Source: Vitrella brassicaformis CCMP3155 (Eukaryota > Protista > Chromerida). Taken from it: a DNA stretch of 64,000 nt. Shown one piece after another: positions 28,103-42,100 of this stretch. The stretch spans positions 13,243 to 77,242 of the forward strand of contig CDMY01000434.1 of the NCBI GenBank assembly GCA_001179505.1, read 5' to 3'. Every line of letters begins with the position of its first letter. Positions within the stretch are counted from its first letter, which is position 1. A program made the position numbers and the translations under genes. The notes beneath the pieces were generated by a model that was given only the letters and a program-made list of their open reading frames with translations, searched no databases and was not told the DNA's origin.

Positions 28103-31100
28103 TGGGATGGATGGATGGATGGATGGATCGGCCTGATGCGTCATCATGTACCTTACCCTCTGTCGTTTTTGTAGCGAGCATCTGATGACGTGTTCGAACT
28201 TGGAGGGCATCTGCTGCTCCACGTCCTTCTTGAGACGACGCAGCAGAAAGGGGCGCAGCACCGCATGCAGCCGCTTGATGAGCCCCTGCTCCCCTGACAC
28301 CTGCACACACACACACACACACACCTCCATCACGCACACACGAAAGCGCCCCACCCACGTGTGTGTAGGTGTGGTGTGTACCTGTTGTTTCTCGATGGCG
28401 GCGGTGAGCGGGTCAGAGAACCACTCCTTGAAGTCGGCGTGAGACTCAAACACAGTCGGCTACACACACACACACACACAGAGAGAGAGAGGGAGAGAGC
28501 AATATTGTGTGTGTGTGTGTCGCGCCAACTAGCTCACCATGAGGAAGTGCATGAGCGACCACAGCTCGAGGAGGTCGTTCTGCAGTGGGGTGCCGGTGAG
28601 CAACAGCCGCCGTGACGTGTTGAAGGTGAGCAGCGTCTGCCACCTCTGCGACTTGAAGTTTTTGATGTTCTGCGCCTCGTCCAATATCATGTAATACCTG
28701 CAATCAATACAATGGCCTCACAAGGCACAGCACAGCTCGGGCGGACACAATCTCTCCCAGTCTCTCCCTCTCCTCTCTGTGAGTGTGTGTCGGTGCAGTG
28801 CAGCGGGCGTACCATTGTTTCCTCCTGAAGACGACAGCGTCCTGCAGCACGAGGGTGTATGACGAGATGCACACGTGGAATGAGTAGGGCTTAGACCAGC
28901 CCTGACGCTTGGCCTGACGCTCGCCCTTAGAACCTACACACACACACATACACCCCCACACCCACACCATCCTTGTGTGGACGTTGTGCGTGTGTCCCTG
29001 TCTGCAGCGTACCGTAGTAGGTGAGCACCTTGAAGCCCGGGCACCACTTCTTGAGCTCCATCTCCCAGTTCAGCATCACAGAAGTCGGCACCACTATCAG
29101 ATGAGGACCCCATATGCCCTACCAACCACACACAGCGATGCGGCCAAGCCCTCCCCCCCCTCCCGCTCCCTCTCCCGCCGATCTGCATACATACCTGTTC
29201 ACAGGCCAGATGCGCGAGCAGTGCAATGGTCTGGATGGTCTTGCCGAGCCCCATCTCGTCCGCAAGTATGCCGTTGAGGTTCTTGTCGTGGAGCGTGGCC
29301 AGCCAGTGCAGCCCAATGTGCTGGTACTCGCGCAGCGGCAGCTTCAGCAGGAAGGGCACCTGAGTCGACACCTGCGTCGTCGACAGCGTGTTGCCCGTCG
29401 GCTGCGCCATCCGCAGCTCCTCCGTCACGGTCTCGAGCGTCGTCTCTCCATGGCCACCCTTGCCGCCACTGCCGCCTCTCTTTGCAGCCTGGCCCATTCT
29501 GGCGACTGGCCAGCCTCCAGCTGAACCGTCTGGGCGTCTGCTGTCGGCCTCTGAGGGGGTGGGGGAGGGGGAGGGGAGCGGGGGAGAGGCGCGCCGCTGT
29601 GCCGGTGCTGGTGGTGCTGCTGGTGTTGCGGGTGAGGGCGTGGGTGTGGGTGACTCTGCTGCTGCCGGCTTGGGGCGTTTTGGGGGAGGCATCTCTGCGT
29701 CAGGTGCGGGGGGCCGTTTGATGGAGGGTGAGGGGGCTGACGCTGACGGCGTGGGGGATGGCTCCAGCTGCATGGAGGAGGAGGACGGCTGCTCCTCCTC
29801 CTCCTCCTCCTCCCCCTCCCCGCCTTGCTCGTCGCTCTCCACTTGCTCGTCTTCTCCTTCTTGTTCTTCATCATCATCATCATCCAGGCCCTCACCCTCC
29901 TGAGCAGCACGGTACCTGATGACACAGACATACACAGGGAGGGAGGGAGGGAGGGAGGGCGAAACATTTGTGGGGTGTGTGGTTCATTCATTCATGTGGC
30001 CGGCCAGTGTGTTATAAGCTGATTGCTTATTGACTGACATGGCCATGAGTTGTTCGATGGGCATGTCGGCCTCCGCCTTGAGGGCGTCGACCTCCTGCTT
30101 CTGCTCCTGATGGCTCATCACACCCTGGCCCTCCTCTTCTTCCAGAGTGGCCTCGTCGTCGACCTCTTCCTCCACCACATAATCTGCAACAAACAACACA
30201 GCACACACACGCAAACACACGCAGACAGAGGGGGAAGGACGGTGCTACAATCAATGGAGAGGTGTCGAGCGTTGGCTGGCTAGCTTACCGGCGTCGTCAT
30301 CAGCGGCAGCTGACGACGATGAGGGTCCGCTGTCGGCTGCTGCTGCTGCCGGCTGGGAGGCTGCCAGGGGGCGTGCGCGTCTCGACCTCGTCACGGCCAG
30401 TGGCGGGGGCTTGGGGACGGCCTCTTGTTCCTCGGGGCCCTCCTCTTCTTTGCTCTCGCCCTCTTCCTGTTGCCCCTCCTGCTGTGGTGTGGTTGCGTCT
30501 TCCATGCCGGCGTCCTCTCCCTCTTCCTCGCTCTCCTCCTGTGGCTCTGACTCCTCCTCTCCCTGCCCATCGCCTTCAGAGGCCTGGCTGCGGTACCTGA
30601 TACACAGAGAGATGGCACACACGCAGTGAGGGAGGGAGGGAGGGAGAGGTTCCTCATATATCTCTGTGTGGCTAAGGGCTAACTACTTCGCCGAGTGACT
30701 GACGCACGCACATGGCGAGTAGTTGCTCGATGGGCATCTCGGCCTCATTGAGTAGGTCTTGCGCCTCCTGCGCCTCCCGCGCCGCGACTCCCTCCCCCTC
30801 CTGCGCCTCCTCCATCTCAATCGTCGCCTCGTCGTCCGCAGCCACATCACCGTACTCTGCCAACGACACGACCACACACAACATCACATCACATCGCACC
30901 GAGCTTGGCGTGTGGTTGGTACCTTTGGCGTCGTCGAGCTGGAACTCCTCGTCCGCTGTGTCCGCCGCCTCCTGACCAGCTGCAGTAGCACCAGCGGCCC
31001 TGCCCTTGGCGGGCTTGGACCCTTGCTTAGCCGCAGCTGCCCGCTGCTGCCTCTGGCGGGGAGACGACGCGCGTGCGAGGGGCTCCTCAGCCACTGCTGG

Positions 31101-32998
31101 TGGGGGTGGAGGGGGCATGGGTTCGGTGCCGATCTGGTCGATCTCCATTGCCGCCATGTCGCCGTGGCCTTCTGGTGGTGGTGCTTGGGCACTTCCCTCG
31201 CCCTCAGCCTCCTGGTCGTTGGCTTCAGCTCCGATGCCCGTGGCCATGTTCTTGAAGAACTGTCCTGTCTGCTCGACCAGTCTGTCCAGCTGCTTGCTCC
31301 GCTCCTCGCGCAGCTGGTTCTGGATCCGTTGCTGGTGTCGCATCTTGACGATCTTCTCGCACAGTTTCCAGAAGGCGTCGACCTTCTTGGCCACGAAGGA
31401 GGCCTTCCGACGCAGCTCGCCCTCTTCGTCCTAACCAACCAGCCACACGAAGACTCAGTTCAGTGAGCGTGTTCGTGTGGCGCTGTCTGTCCGTCCGTCT
31501 GTCTGTCTGTCTGTCTGTTTGGTTCACTTACCACGAGAGCGGGGTTCCTCTTTTCGACTTCCTTCGCCGCGGCGCGTGCGAGGGCTTTGAATTGCCGATA
31601 CTTGTACTTTCGCTCGTCCAGGAAATCCTTGGCCATCCACTCCTAAACACACCCACACACACGTAGCGACACACACATGTACAGTCAGTGGCGTGGACGG
31701 CAGGGCCCTGCCGGCACCACTCTCCCTCTGCCTACCATTTCCTTGAGTAGGTCGTCCCAGCTGGTTGGCTCGGTCTTGGGCTCGTCCAGCTCCTTCTGCA
31801 TCTTACGCACATCGACACTAAATAAAACACAGACAGACAGACAAACGCACATCACATCGACAGACAGACAATGTGTCGGCTGCGCGGCTGCTCGGCTGTC
31901 TGTCTGTCTGTCCGTCTGTGGCGTGATGTCCACTGACTGACTTGAAGATGGATCTGTCTTCATATTTCTTGCGTATGTCGCCCTTGAGCCCCAGGTCGGC
32001 GTGCAGCTTCTTCAGCTCCTGCTCCGCCTCCCGCTTCTTGGCGATCAGTGCCGGTACGTCCACCGTCACCTCCTCGCTGACTGTGGCCGTTGACGATGCC
32101 TGCACACACACACACACACACACAGATTGGTGTACTGCACGTCTTTTCTTCTCCCCGCCTCCCGCTGACCGCTTCATGGTGCATCATCTGTGGTGGTGCC
32201 GCCGCCGGTTTGACATCTGCAGGCAGCAGTGGCGGCCTCTTCGCCATTACCGGCACCGGCGCAACCACAGGCGCCGACACGGGCGCTGACACGGGTGCAG
32301 GAGGCGGCATCGGCGGGACAACAGCAGCAGCAGCCGGCGATAGCGATGGCCTCAACAGCGGCGCCATCGGGTGCTCACGCGGTCGGGATGGCGGCGCAGC
32401 CTTCACCGCCGGCACACGGATCGCCGGCACACTCTCGCCCCTCACACCCGGTGGCACCACTGGACGAGCTAGAGGTGACACGAAAGGCCTTGACGGCGAA
32501 GCAGACGACTGGGAAGGAGACGTTGGCGGTAGCAGGGGTCCGAATGCTGGCCGGGTGGTGCGGAAATTCATGAACCCCCCGGGTGGGAGGAGGGGGTGGC
32601 GCAGCATGGGTGGGAGGGAGTGGGAGGGCGGTAGGCCGCTTGACGACTGGCCGCCCGACGACATGGGCGCCAGCCCTCTCAGCGGCATCTGCAGCGGGAC
32701 CGTTGCCGGTGGCTGGCCGTCGCGGCCAACAACCCCCGTAGGCGAAGCAGCGGCACCAGGACCACCGGTGCTGCAAATGCAAACCACACACAGGCAGACA
32801 AAAGCCCATTCAGAGTCAGATCACGCCGTTCGTTCGGAAGAGACCGACTCATCCAGGCAAGCACATGCAACACGCCCTGTGTGTTCTTGCTTACACGGAT
32901 GTGTTGGGTCTGGCGAACATCTGTGGGTGGAGGCCTCGCGGCGGCTGGTGCTGCTGCATCGGCTGCAGCCGAGGCTGACTCGGACCTCGCACATCCAT
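23464..32998 (-). CDS. SWR1: SWR1/SRCAP/Domino-family SNF2 chromatin-remodelling ATPase (HSA + split ATPase, zf-CW in the insertion)
   Basis: HSA-like EWMAKDF...[14 protein letters not shown]; [37 protein letters not shown]; [15 protein letters not shown]; [13 protein letters not shown]; DCGKL...[17 protein letters not shown]; [50 protein letters not shown]. Confidence 0.95.
24949..25248. other. Scaffold gap (300 N) in a SWR1 intron
   Basis: N run flanked by poly-G. Confidence 0.99.
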
Positions 32999-33223
32999 CC
33001 TGAGGGACGGACGAGATCTGATGGCTCCTTCTACCGTCAGACGCTGTGTTGAGCGATCATCCCATATCCCATCTTCTTTCCCTTTTCTTCTCTGTTGTGC
33101 GAGCTGAAGGAAAAGGTCGCCTCAAAGAAGGAAACTCCCAACTGCTGCTGCAGAAGGAAAACTGCATGCGCAGCGTGTGTGCCTGACGAGCACTGATCTT
33201 GCCGCGCAACCCATTGCCGAGCC

Positions 33224-36004
33224 ATGGCTGACATAGATCCACCTCTCACCAACGGCGCGCCGTCCTCGCGGCTCCCCCCCGGCACCAAGTGGGCTGACGT
33301 CGAGCGCGACGCGCCCGCCGACGTGGAGGCCGACGACGAGGAGGAGACCCCTTACACGCGTGTGCGGGGCGAGCGGCAGGCCAGCAGCCACCGAGTGGGT
33401 GGCGGGGGTGGCGGCAGGGGAGATCCGCCGCCTCAGGTGCAGTCCTTTCTGCGGAATTTCTACGAGGACGTCGAGGGCCGCAAGGTGGGCAACATCGAGA
33501 ACGCCTACGAGGGGCAGTTCCCACGGCTGTCGGACCAGTACTACTCCAAGACGCGGTGGGTGGACCCTTCGTCTGTGAGCCGGTACTACGCCGACCAGGG
33601 TTTCGAGAAGGAGAAGGACGTCGTGCTAATCCTGTACAAGGAGCTCTTCTACCGGCACCTGCACACGGTGGGCGGGCCGGAGAGCGCCGTGCGGGTGAGG
33701 GTGGAGGACCGCGAGGACTCCTGGGGCAACTACCGCGACCTCTTCGACTACTTCCTCGAAGTCGAAATGGAGAAAAAGTCTGTGTGGACACACACAGAGA
33801 GAGGAGGAGAGTGCGTGGGTCACTGTGTTCATGTCCGTGTGTTGGATGGATGGGTGGGTGGCCACAGGCCTGGTCGTGGCGCCCGCGGTCTGCAGTTCCC
33901 CTACACGTGGACCTTCGACATGCTGGACGAGTTCGTCTACCAGTGGTCGCAATTCAAGTTCTTCCACAACAAGGTAAGGTAACCTCACCATCAATCCATC
34001 CATCCCTCCATCCACCCACAACACGCACCCATCTCTCTCTGTCCCTCCCTCTTTGTATGCAGACGAGTCAGGGCCGGAGCAAGCGCAGTGACGACGACGG
34101 CCGCATCCGGTTCCGCGAGATGGTTGCGTTGGCCGACCGGCACATATGGGACAGCGCGAGGGTTATCGAGTACCTGCAGCTCCTCGTCAACAAGTCGGGC
34201 ATCAACCAGTACTTCAGACACAACAGAGAACGAGCAAGGGTACGTCAGGCGAGGCTTGGCGAACTACAGAAGGACGTCACACGAAGGATTCTCTCTCTCC
34301 CTCTCTCTCTCTCTCTGCGTGTGTGTGTGTGTGTGTGTGTAGGGTGATGATCGCATCGAGACTGACCTGGGCTTGCAGGTTGGGTACTTCGCCATTGTGC
34401 AGCTGCTGCGGTGAGACAGACATCTCTAACAAACAGACAGACAGACACACCTAACCACCTTCTCACCCATCCCACCGCTATCTCTGTCTCTCTGTGTGTG
34501 TATTTTGACGTGATGGTTGAGTGCAGAGTCCAGTGTCTGGTGGGCGACTACAGGCTGGCCCTGCAGCAGCTGGACGAGTTTGACTTCAGCGGCGACTCGC
34601 TCTTCTACCGTGTCCCCAACTGCCACCTCAGCCTCTTCTACTACATGGGATTCTCGTACATGATGCTCAGGTAAGTCGGTGTGGTGGGGCGGTGGAGGGG
34701 TGTGTGCTGCATGGCATGGTGTGGGGTGGGGTGGGTGCCATCGTCAGGCGGTACACCGATGCTGTGCGGGTCTTCTCGCAAGTGCTGACCTTCCTGCACA
34801 CCAAGTGAGAAAGGGCGACACACACACACACACACACCCGACACGCCACACACACGATCACTCTCTGTCTGCCTGCCTGCCTGCCTGCCTGTGTGTGTGT
34901 GTGCCTGCCTTTCAGAAAGGACGACTACCTGCAGGGTACGGCGATGGGTCACCTGCTCAAGATGAAGGACCGCATGTACCAGCTGTTGCTGCTGTGCGTG
35001 TGCCTCCACCCCCACCGACTCGACGAGAGCATCAACATGTACCTCAAAGACAAACACGCAGACAGACACGCACGACTCCTCAAAGGTAAGGAAATAAGGG
35101 ACACACACAACACACGACCTGCGGTGAGGAGAGGAGAGAGGGAGAGGGGGAGAGATTGTGTGTGTGTGTGTGTGTGTTGGGTTATTGGGTGTGTGTGTGT
35201 AGATGACGAGCAGGAGTACATCGACGTGTTCAACTATGCGAGCCCCAAGTTTGTGCACCCCGGCTACCCGCCCTTCGACGACATGGACGACTACGACCCC
35301 ACCGAACTCTCACGCACCCAGGTCGAAGTCTTCCTCGAGGTCAGTGCGGTGGACCCACACCCTCTCACACACATCACGTGACATGACCCACCCAATGCAA
35401 TGCAGCCCAGCCCAGCCACCATTGTGTGGTGTGTGTGCATGTGTGTGTGTGTGTGTTAATGCAGGAGGTCCGGCACCAGAAGCTGGTGCCCACCATCCGA
35501 TCGTTCGCCAAGCTCTACACAGCCATCCCCATCCAAGTCAGTCAGTCTGGCGCCTCCCCCTCCCCCTCACTCTCGCCCTCACCCCTGCTGCTGCTGTGTG
35601 TCGATTCGATGGTTGGTTGGCTGAGTGCAGAAGCTGGCCTCCCTGATGGAGAAGAACGAGGACGAGATCCGCGAGATCCTCCTGTGCGTCAAGCACAAGG
35701 GCCGACAGCTGGTGTGGCGCAGCGGCCCGCCCTTGTCGGGGGAGGTGGTGACGATGGAGGAGGGCGTTGACTTCTTCCTCGACCACGAGATGATCCACGT
35801 CAAGAGCACCAAGATACACCACAACTACGTCCAGTACTTTGTCCACAGCATCCACACCTTCAAGGTCAGTGAGCATCACGCTGTTAGGGAGGGAGGGAGG
35901 GACGGAGGCAGAGGGACAATTTGCGGCTGTGTGTGTGTGTGTGTGTGTTTTAGGACATGATCCGGTCTGTCGAGCACGGCCTGCAGAGGCGGGAGAGGGT
36001 CTGA
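33224..36004 (+). CDS. EIF3L: Eukaryotic translation initiation factor 3 subunit L
   Basis: FPRLSDQYYSKTRW, LILYKELFYRHLH, DSWGNYRDLF, WTFDMLDEFVYQW, LGYFAIVQLLRVQCLVGDYRLAL, YYMGFSYMMLRRYTDA, FNYASPKF, IRSFAKLYTAI; stop TGA 36002-36004. Confidence 0.95.
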
Positions 36005-36503
36005 TCGACCCACCCAGAGAGAGAGGCACGCAGGCAGGCAGGCAGGCAGGCTTGTGTGTGTGTGTGTGTGTGTGGTGTGTGTGTGGCTGCCTGCCTGCCT
36101 GCCTACCTGCCGGCTTGTCTGCCTCCCTGTCGGGTTGATGTTGATGCGTACGTGGTGTGTTTTAACGGATGTCATATGGTGCGTGGGTGTGGTGTTTTGA
36201 CATGTCCCTTGCTGGGAGGGACAGAGAGAGCGTCCTATGCTGTTGCTGCTGCTGGTGTGTGGCGATTGATGCGTCGTGTGATGTGGTGTGGGCGTCATCA
36301 GAGCGGAGTGTTAGACGTGGCGATGCCTCCATGCGGCCATTGGAGGCGTCACAACGTCTACCACTGCCACCAGATGGGCCTCACACGAACCACTCAGGCA
36401 CGTCGCCGTCAAAACAAGAAAGAATACACTCACTCAGGGGAGGGCTTCGTGATATCCTCACATGGCCCTGGTGTCATGACATTTGGTGTTGCATCTCACC
36501 TTG

Positions 36504-38466
36504 ATGGCCTTCAGCTGTCGCGCGTTTGGTGTCAGAACCAAACGAGCGCAGGTGGAGGACATCGATGAGTCAGATTCGACACCAAGTGTCCATGGCCGTG
36601 TGAGAACCGACTTTGTCTGCTCAATGCGTGAGATGCCTGGCACGTCTGCACTGCAGATCCACCGATGATCGAATCCGTTCGCGCGGAGATCTCCCCGATA
36701 AAGCTCGCATTGTAAGGAGGGACGGGCCGCCAGCGGGCGGGAAGATGGGCCTTCTCGACGAGTTGCGGCGTCTGCTGCGGCGCCTGTTCGAATGGATCCT
36801 CAGACAGATCACTGGTAGCTGAAAACCACATCACATACCAGTCAGCGAAAAGATGGCATGGTCTTTGGTCATCTTTCAGGCCAATGTGAGCTCGAGAGAC
36901 TCTCAAAGGTACGCTGCAGTGACGCACAATGGGTGATCCAACACGTGGATGGATGGATCTGGGTGCTGCCTGCCTGTGTGCCTGTGTGTCTGTGTGTGGA
37001 CACAGACGTTTGACCCGGTTCGTGTGGAGGAGTCGTTGAGGGCGTCGCGGCAGCTGCATGACGTGGCGCAGAAGCTGCTCATCAGCAAAAAGGAGGAAGA
37101 CCTGCAACAGGTGGGTGGGTGAGGTGGGCAGCTCCGTGTGCGGACAGGCAACAAGAGCATGCTTTGTGTTGGGGTCACGGTCCCTCGCCCATTGCAGATG
37201 GTTGACGAGGTGCTCCGAATCAAGGGCGCGAGAGACCCACAAGGGTGAGAAAGAGACAAAGAGCGAGACTGAGTCTCACAGCTCCACGCATGGCCTCGTT
37301 GACCATCGACAGGTTCCGCATCGGTCTGCAGAGGAACTGCCAGGCCCTCCGGAACGTCACTCGAGCATCCTACCTCATTACAGGTACTGACTGATTCCCA
37401 CACAAACCATCCCACGTCTCATCTGACGCCATGCAGATCGGTGTCACGTGGGTTACTCCTCCGACAACGCCGACCACGAGGCCCTGCTGGACGAGCTGTG
37501 GCGGCTGCTGAAGCCCGGTGTGCAGCGGTCGGGGCGGGTCACGAAGGAGTGGGAGGAGCTGGGGTTCCAGGGGCCGGACCCTGCTACCGACTTCCGTGGC
37601 CTCGGTGAGTGAGTGAGATGGGACACATCACATGGATGGACGAATGGACGTCTGCTGTGTTTGGCTGTGATGTGAGTCCATCAGGCATTCTGGGCCTGGA
37701 GAACCTCGTGTAAGCGTGCAAGCAAGCTGATAAAAAGAAAGAAACGATGATTCTTCTCTCCATCCTGTCTGTCTGTGTGTGTTGTCTGGTCTGGTCTGTC
37801 TGCCAAACAGGTTCTTCGCGCGACGGCACCCGTCTGTGGCCCGGAAGCTGATGGTCGAGGCGGGGAAGCACCCCAAGTACTGGTACTTCTTTGCCGTGAC
37901 CGGACTCAACATCACCGGATGGATGCGCGAGTGGCTTGAGGTGATCGAGATGCGGGCAGACAAACCAAACCACACACACAGCAACCGGGGGCAGCCGGGG
38001 GCACAGACATATGGGGTGTGGTGTGTGTGCCACATGTCTGTCAGAACCACGAGCGCATCGCCTTCTACTTCTACCACGCCGACACACCTGAGCAGGCCTT
38101 CGAGACCTTCAACCACATCTATGGTCGGTCAGCCCAGCCAGCCACCCCCACTCACACCCCCACCTCTCCTGTCTCTCTCTCTGCGTGTCTCTGTCAGTGT
38201 ATGTCTTTGCGTCGTTCCACCCCTATTGGTTTCGGTGCCAGCCCGCGTCCATCATGGAGTTCAACACCGTGGCCGACCGGTTCGTCAGCCAGCTCAGCTT
38301 CCCTGCCCTCCCGGCGCATGAGCTCACCACGGCAAGTACTGCTGCTGCTTCTGGTGGTGCTGGCGAGAGGGGTAGCGCGCCGAGGTCGGTTGAGTATGAG
38401 CAGGGCCATGTTTGGCATGAGCCAGAGGATGATAGGCCCACCTCGTCTAAGGCTCATGAGGAGTGA
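36504..38466 (+). CDS. ELMO/CED-12 domain protein (ELMOD-type ARF/ARL GAP-like)
   Basis: HEALLDELWRLL...KEWEELGFQGPDPATDFRGLGILGLENL...WYFFAVTGLNIT...ASIMEFN; the start codon is uncertain. Confidence 0.9.
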
Positions 38467-39111
38467 GGGAGTGAGGGACTCGGTGGTGTGCAGACAGACA
38501 GTCAGTGAATGGGTTTGGTGTACAGAGCTAGAGAGAGTCAGAGAGGACGGCATGGCTCCATGCGTGGGAGGGAGGGCGCATGTCATGTGGTTGATGTGAT
38601 TGATAAAGCGTCATGGAGCCATCCGGTCAGTGTGTGACATCAAATCACTCACTCTCACTCACCCTACACAGAAGGAAGGTGTCAGCCAGGCAGCCAGCCA
38701 GGCAGCGAGAAATGACATACACACGTCATCACAGCACAACACAGAACACACCACATGCAGGACGTCTGTCTACAAAAGACAGATAGACAGGCGCGTGTGC
38801 AGATGAACCCCACGAACCCTTAAGGTACATACCACGAACCCTTAAGGTACATAGATGCCTAGAAAAGGTCATTATCTCACACCCACCCACACCACACCAC
38901 ACCACATGGCCCACGCGCGCAGCATGCATCTCACACACCTAACCTAGCCAGGACAGCACTCAAGCCCCATAAAGGAAAGAAGGATTCACTCACTCCCACG
39001 CCCACCCACATGAAGGCGCACGAATGCATGGTTAGATGGATAAAACACGTACACACACAGAAGGGTGGATGACGTCCTCCCTTTGATGTGAGTGATGCAC
39101 ACTTTTCTGTC

Positions 39112-42100
39112 TCATCCCCCACCCCCAACCCCACTGCCAGCATCTTCCTGCAGCACATCAGCCATTGCAATGGCACCAGCCGGAAGGCTCTCGTTGGCCG
39201 CCGCCTGACCACCCTGATGTATTATGTCGTCCTGCCACTCGTCCACCAGGAGGTATCGCGGCCTGCGGTTGACGGCGATGAGCTGCGCGATGACGAGTGC
39301 GATGAAGGCGCAGAAAGTGATCAGGATGATGCTGCAGCAGCAGAACTTGATGCAGTTGTAGTTGTCAGGACCTACAGGCAGCACAGCCATCCACACACAC
39401 GTGTCAGGGAGCGAGTGGGGCGTGGGTGGTGGATATATGTGTCGTGTCGATCGCCCCCTAGCCACCGATGAGCATCCTAATGAAGTTGAATGGCTGTCTG
39501 AAGGCCAGGGACCAGTCGAGCCGGTCGCGAGGCGGCGGCAGGTGGGGGTTCCGGTTGGGCTCGTTCCGGCCATCACCCACTGGCTCGCCGTCCGCTAAAG
39601 ACTTGGGCACCAGCTGAACCTGCACCAACACACACACATGGGCTGGGCTGCTCTTCTCTCCCTCTCCCTCTCTCTGACTCTGTGTGTGTGTGTGTGTGCC
39701 TGACCTGCGCGTGAAGCGTTGCAGGTCGGTTCATGGGAGGCCGGCGCCATCGATGACACCCCATGCGACGCGCACACCTGTCAGCCAGCGATATATCGGT
39801 GCATGCGCTGCTTCCTCGGTGGCTGATGGCTCGCCCAGCTCAGCTGGCTCACTTCTTCATTCCGAGTGGGAAGAATCCCTTCTGTTTGGGCGCCTCGTGT
39901 CTGGGCGGCTCCTCCTGCGCGACCTCATATGTCGACAACACAGGCGCCTCGAGATCGTCTTCATCCTCATCTGCACCCCACACCCATCCCACCACACACA
40001 CACACACGCCCACGCCCCACACATACCATTGACATGTGTCTGCGTGTGTGTGACTGACTGACTGACTGACGGGATGAGATGGGATGGGCCGCTGACCTAC
40101 CTTTAGGGAAGCATGGCCTGACTCGGTTGCCGTATGGCTGGGGGATGCAGTCGAGGAAGCAGCAGCAGACGAACTCGCTGATGACGCACCACGTCATGCG
40201 GACGCACGCCCCCAACTGACCCGCGTCAATCTGACACCCACACCACCAACGCACACACACAGAGGAGAGGTGTCCGGGTGTGGTCCATCCAATGTATTGC
40301 ACACACACGTAGCACAGCACCGTGTCTTGCGCACCTACCTTTGACACAGGGGGTGGGCTGAATCTGACTTGCACGTTGAGGGCCGGCAGCGGCAGGTCTC
40401 CGTTGACCTGCCGCTGCAGAGCCACACGGCAGAGGTGGTCCAGCTCGTAGGACCGGGGCGCGTAGATGAGCTCGTCGGTGCTCAGCCTGACATAAATAAC
40501 CACACGCACACACCCACACCCACGCCAACACACAGAGAGAGAGGGTGAGGGGTGTGGGAGGTGTGTGGGAGGTGTGTGTTTTTGCTGACTGACGTGTCAA
40601 TGTCGACGAGTTTCACGACGAGCTCGACGTGATAGGCGGGGAGTGTGATGGGGAAGAGGATGCGGTAGTTGAAGTTGGCCATGTCCTGCGCGAACTTGTG
40701 CACGTCGGTGCGCTCGGAATAAGCCACGCGCCGGCCGTTGAAATGCGTCACCTGCACCCCCCACCCACACACCACCCACACACACCGCCCAGATGCACAC
40801 ACAGCTGGATGGATCGATCACGGCGCCCTTCCTTAGCCCGTGGGGGGGACACTTACGATCAGAGTGACTTCGACAGTTACGTCGTTCCGCCTGGCGAGGT
40901 CCTTGAAAATGGTGATGTTCTCAACGTTCCACACCACCTGACACACACAGAGGTGTGTGTGTTGGGGGGGAGGGTGCGTGCGTGCGTGTGTGTGTGTGTG
41001 TGGGCGGACCATTCTGAGCTGGAACTCCTCTGTGCGGACGCAGTCCTCGATGGGTATCTCGTCATAGAGCGATGTCTCCTCCTCTGGCACCAAATCGACT
41101 ATCGCCCTGCACACACACACACACACAGGGAGAGAGAGAGAGAGAGAGGGAGAGTCCCATACAGCCATGAGAGCATCCCATGCACTCCGAGAATGTCTGT
41201 GTGTGTGTGTCTGTGCTGTGTGTCTGTTTGCGCGCCACGGCATACCTGAGAGTGCCTGTGGGCAGCCCCAGGTGCTGCGAGCTGCCCGACTTCAGCAGCG
41301 GGAGGATCTCGACCGGGAAGGGCCGCTTCGGCGCCAGGAATGCCCCTCCTCTGAACCATAACAAACCACACACAACCACACCATGCCATCCATCCATCCA
41401 TCCACCCCCCCCCACACACACACATACATCTCATGCGGCCCGACGGTCTGCATCTCTCGCTTATACGCCAGCCACCGGTCCTCGACGTCGATGCGCGCCT
41501 CCCCAATCAGCTCCTCCCCCATGGCCCTCCTATCAAACACCCGGACCCGCAGCTCAGCGTCCCCCGGCACCCTGGCCTGGAACACCACATGTCTGTAGAA
41601 GCTGGGGCTCGCCGTGTTGGTGCTGCCGCGGGGCATCTGGGCTGTCGCTGTCGTCGTTGTGGTGTCGCTGCTGGTGTCGGTGCTGCGGTACTCCTGGCTG
41701 CCTAGCGAGGCCACGAAGAACGGGCTCATCTGGGGCGAGGGGGTGCCCTCCATGCTGACGAGATTGCGCGCCGAGAGGACGTAGAGGTGCACTGCTAGGG
41801 GCTCGCTGTGCCACAGCTTGTCCAGGGGCACCGTGCCCGCCAGAAGGGCTTTCTCCGGAAGGGGTGTGAGGGAGTCCTGGGTGGACCGGGCGGACATCAC
41901 CTTTGCTACTGGCGTCTTAGTGCCAGACGGCCTTGCGGTTGTGCCAGCAATGGGTAGCTCGGGTGTGTCCTCGTTGACAGCCTCACCGCCCTCGACGCCG
42001 TCGGCCTTCTGCTCTTCCACCGTGATGCTCCCTGCGGCATACACGTGTGTGCTGATGGCGGTTGTGCGAACGGGTTGATACCTTTGAGTTGACCGATGGA

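Noticed and set aside
38810-38853. 22-bp direct tandem repeat CCACGAACCCTTAAGGTACATA x2
   Set aside because: Only two copies in a 3' intergenic region, with no spacer or terminal repeats; an ordinary slippage duplication.
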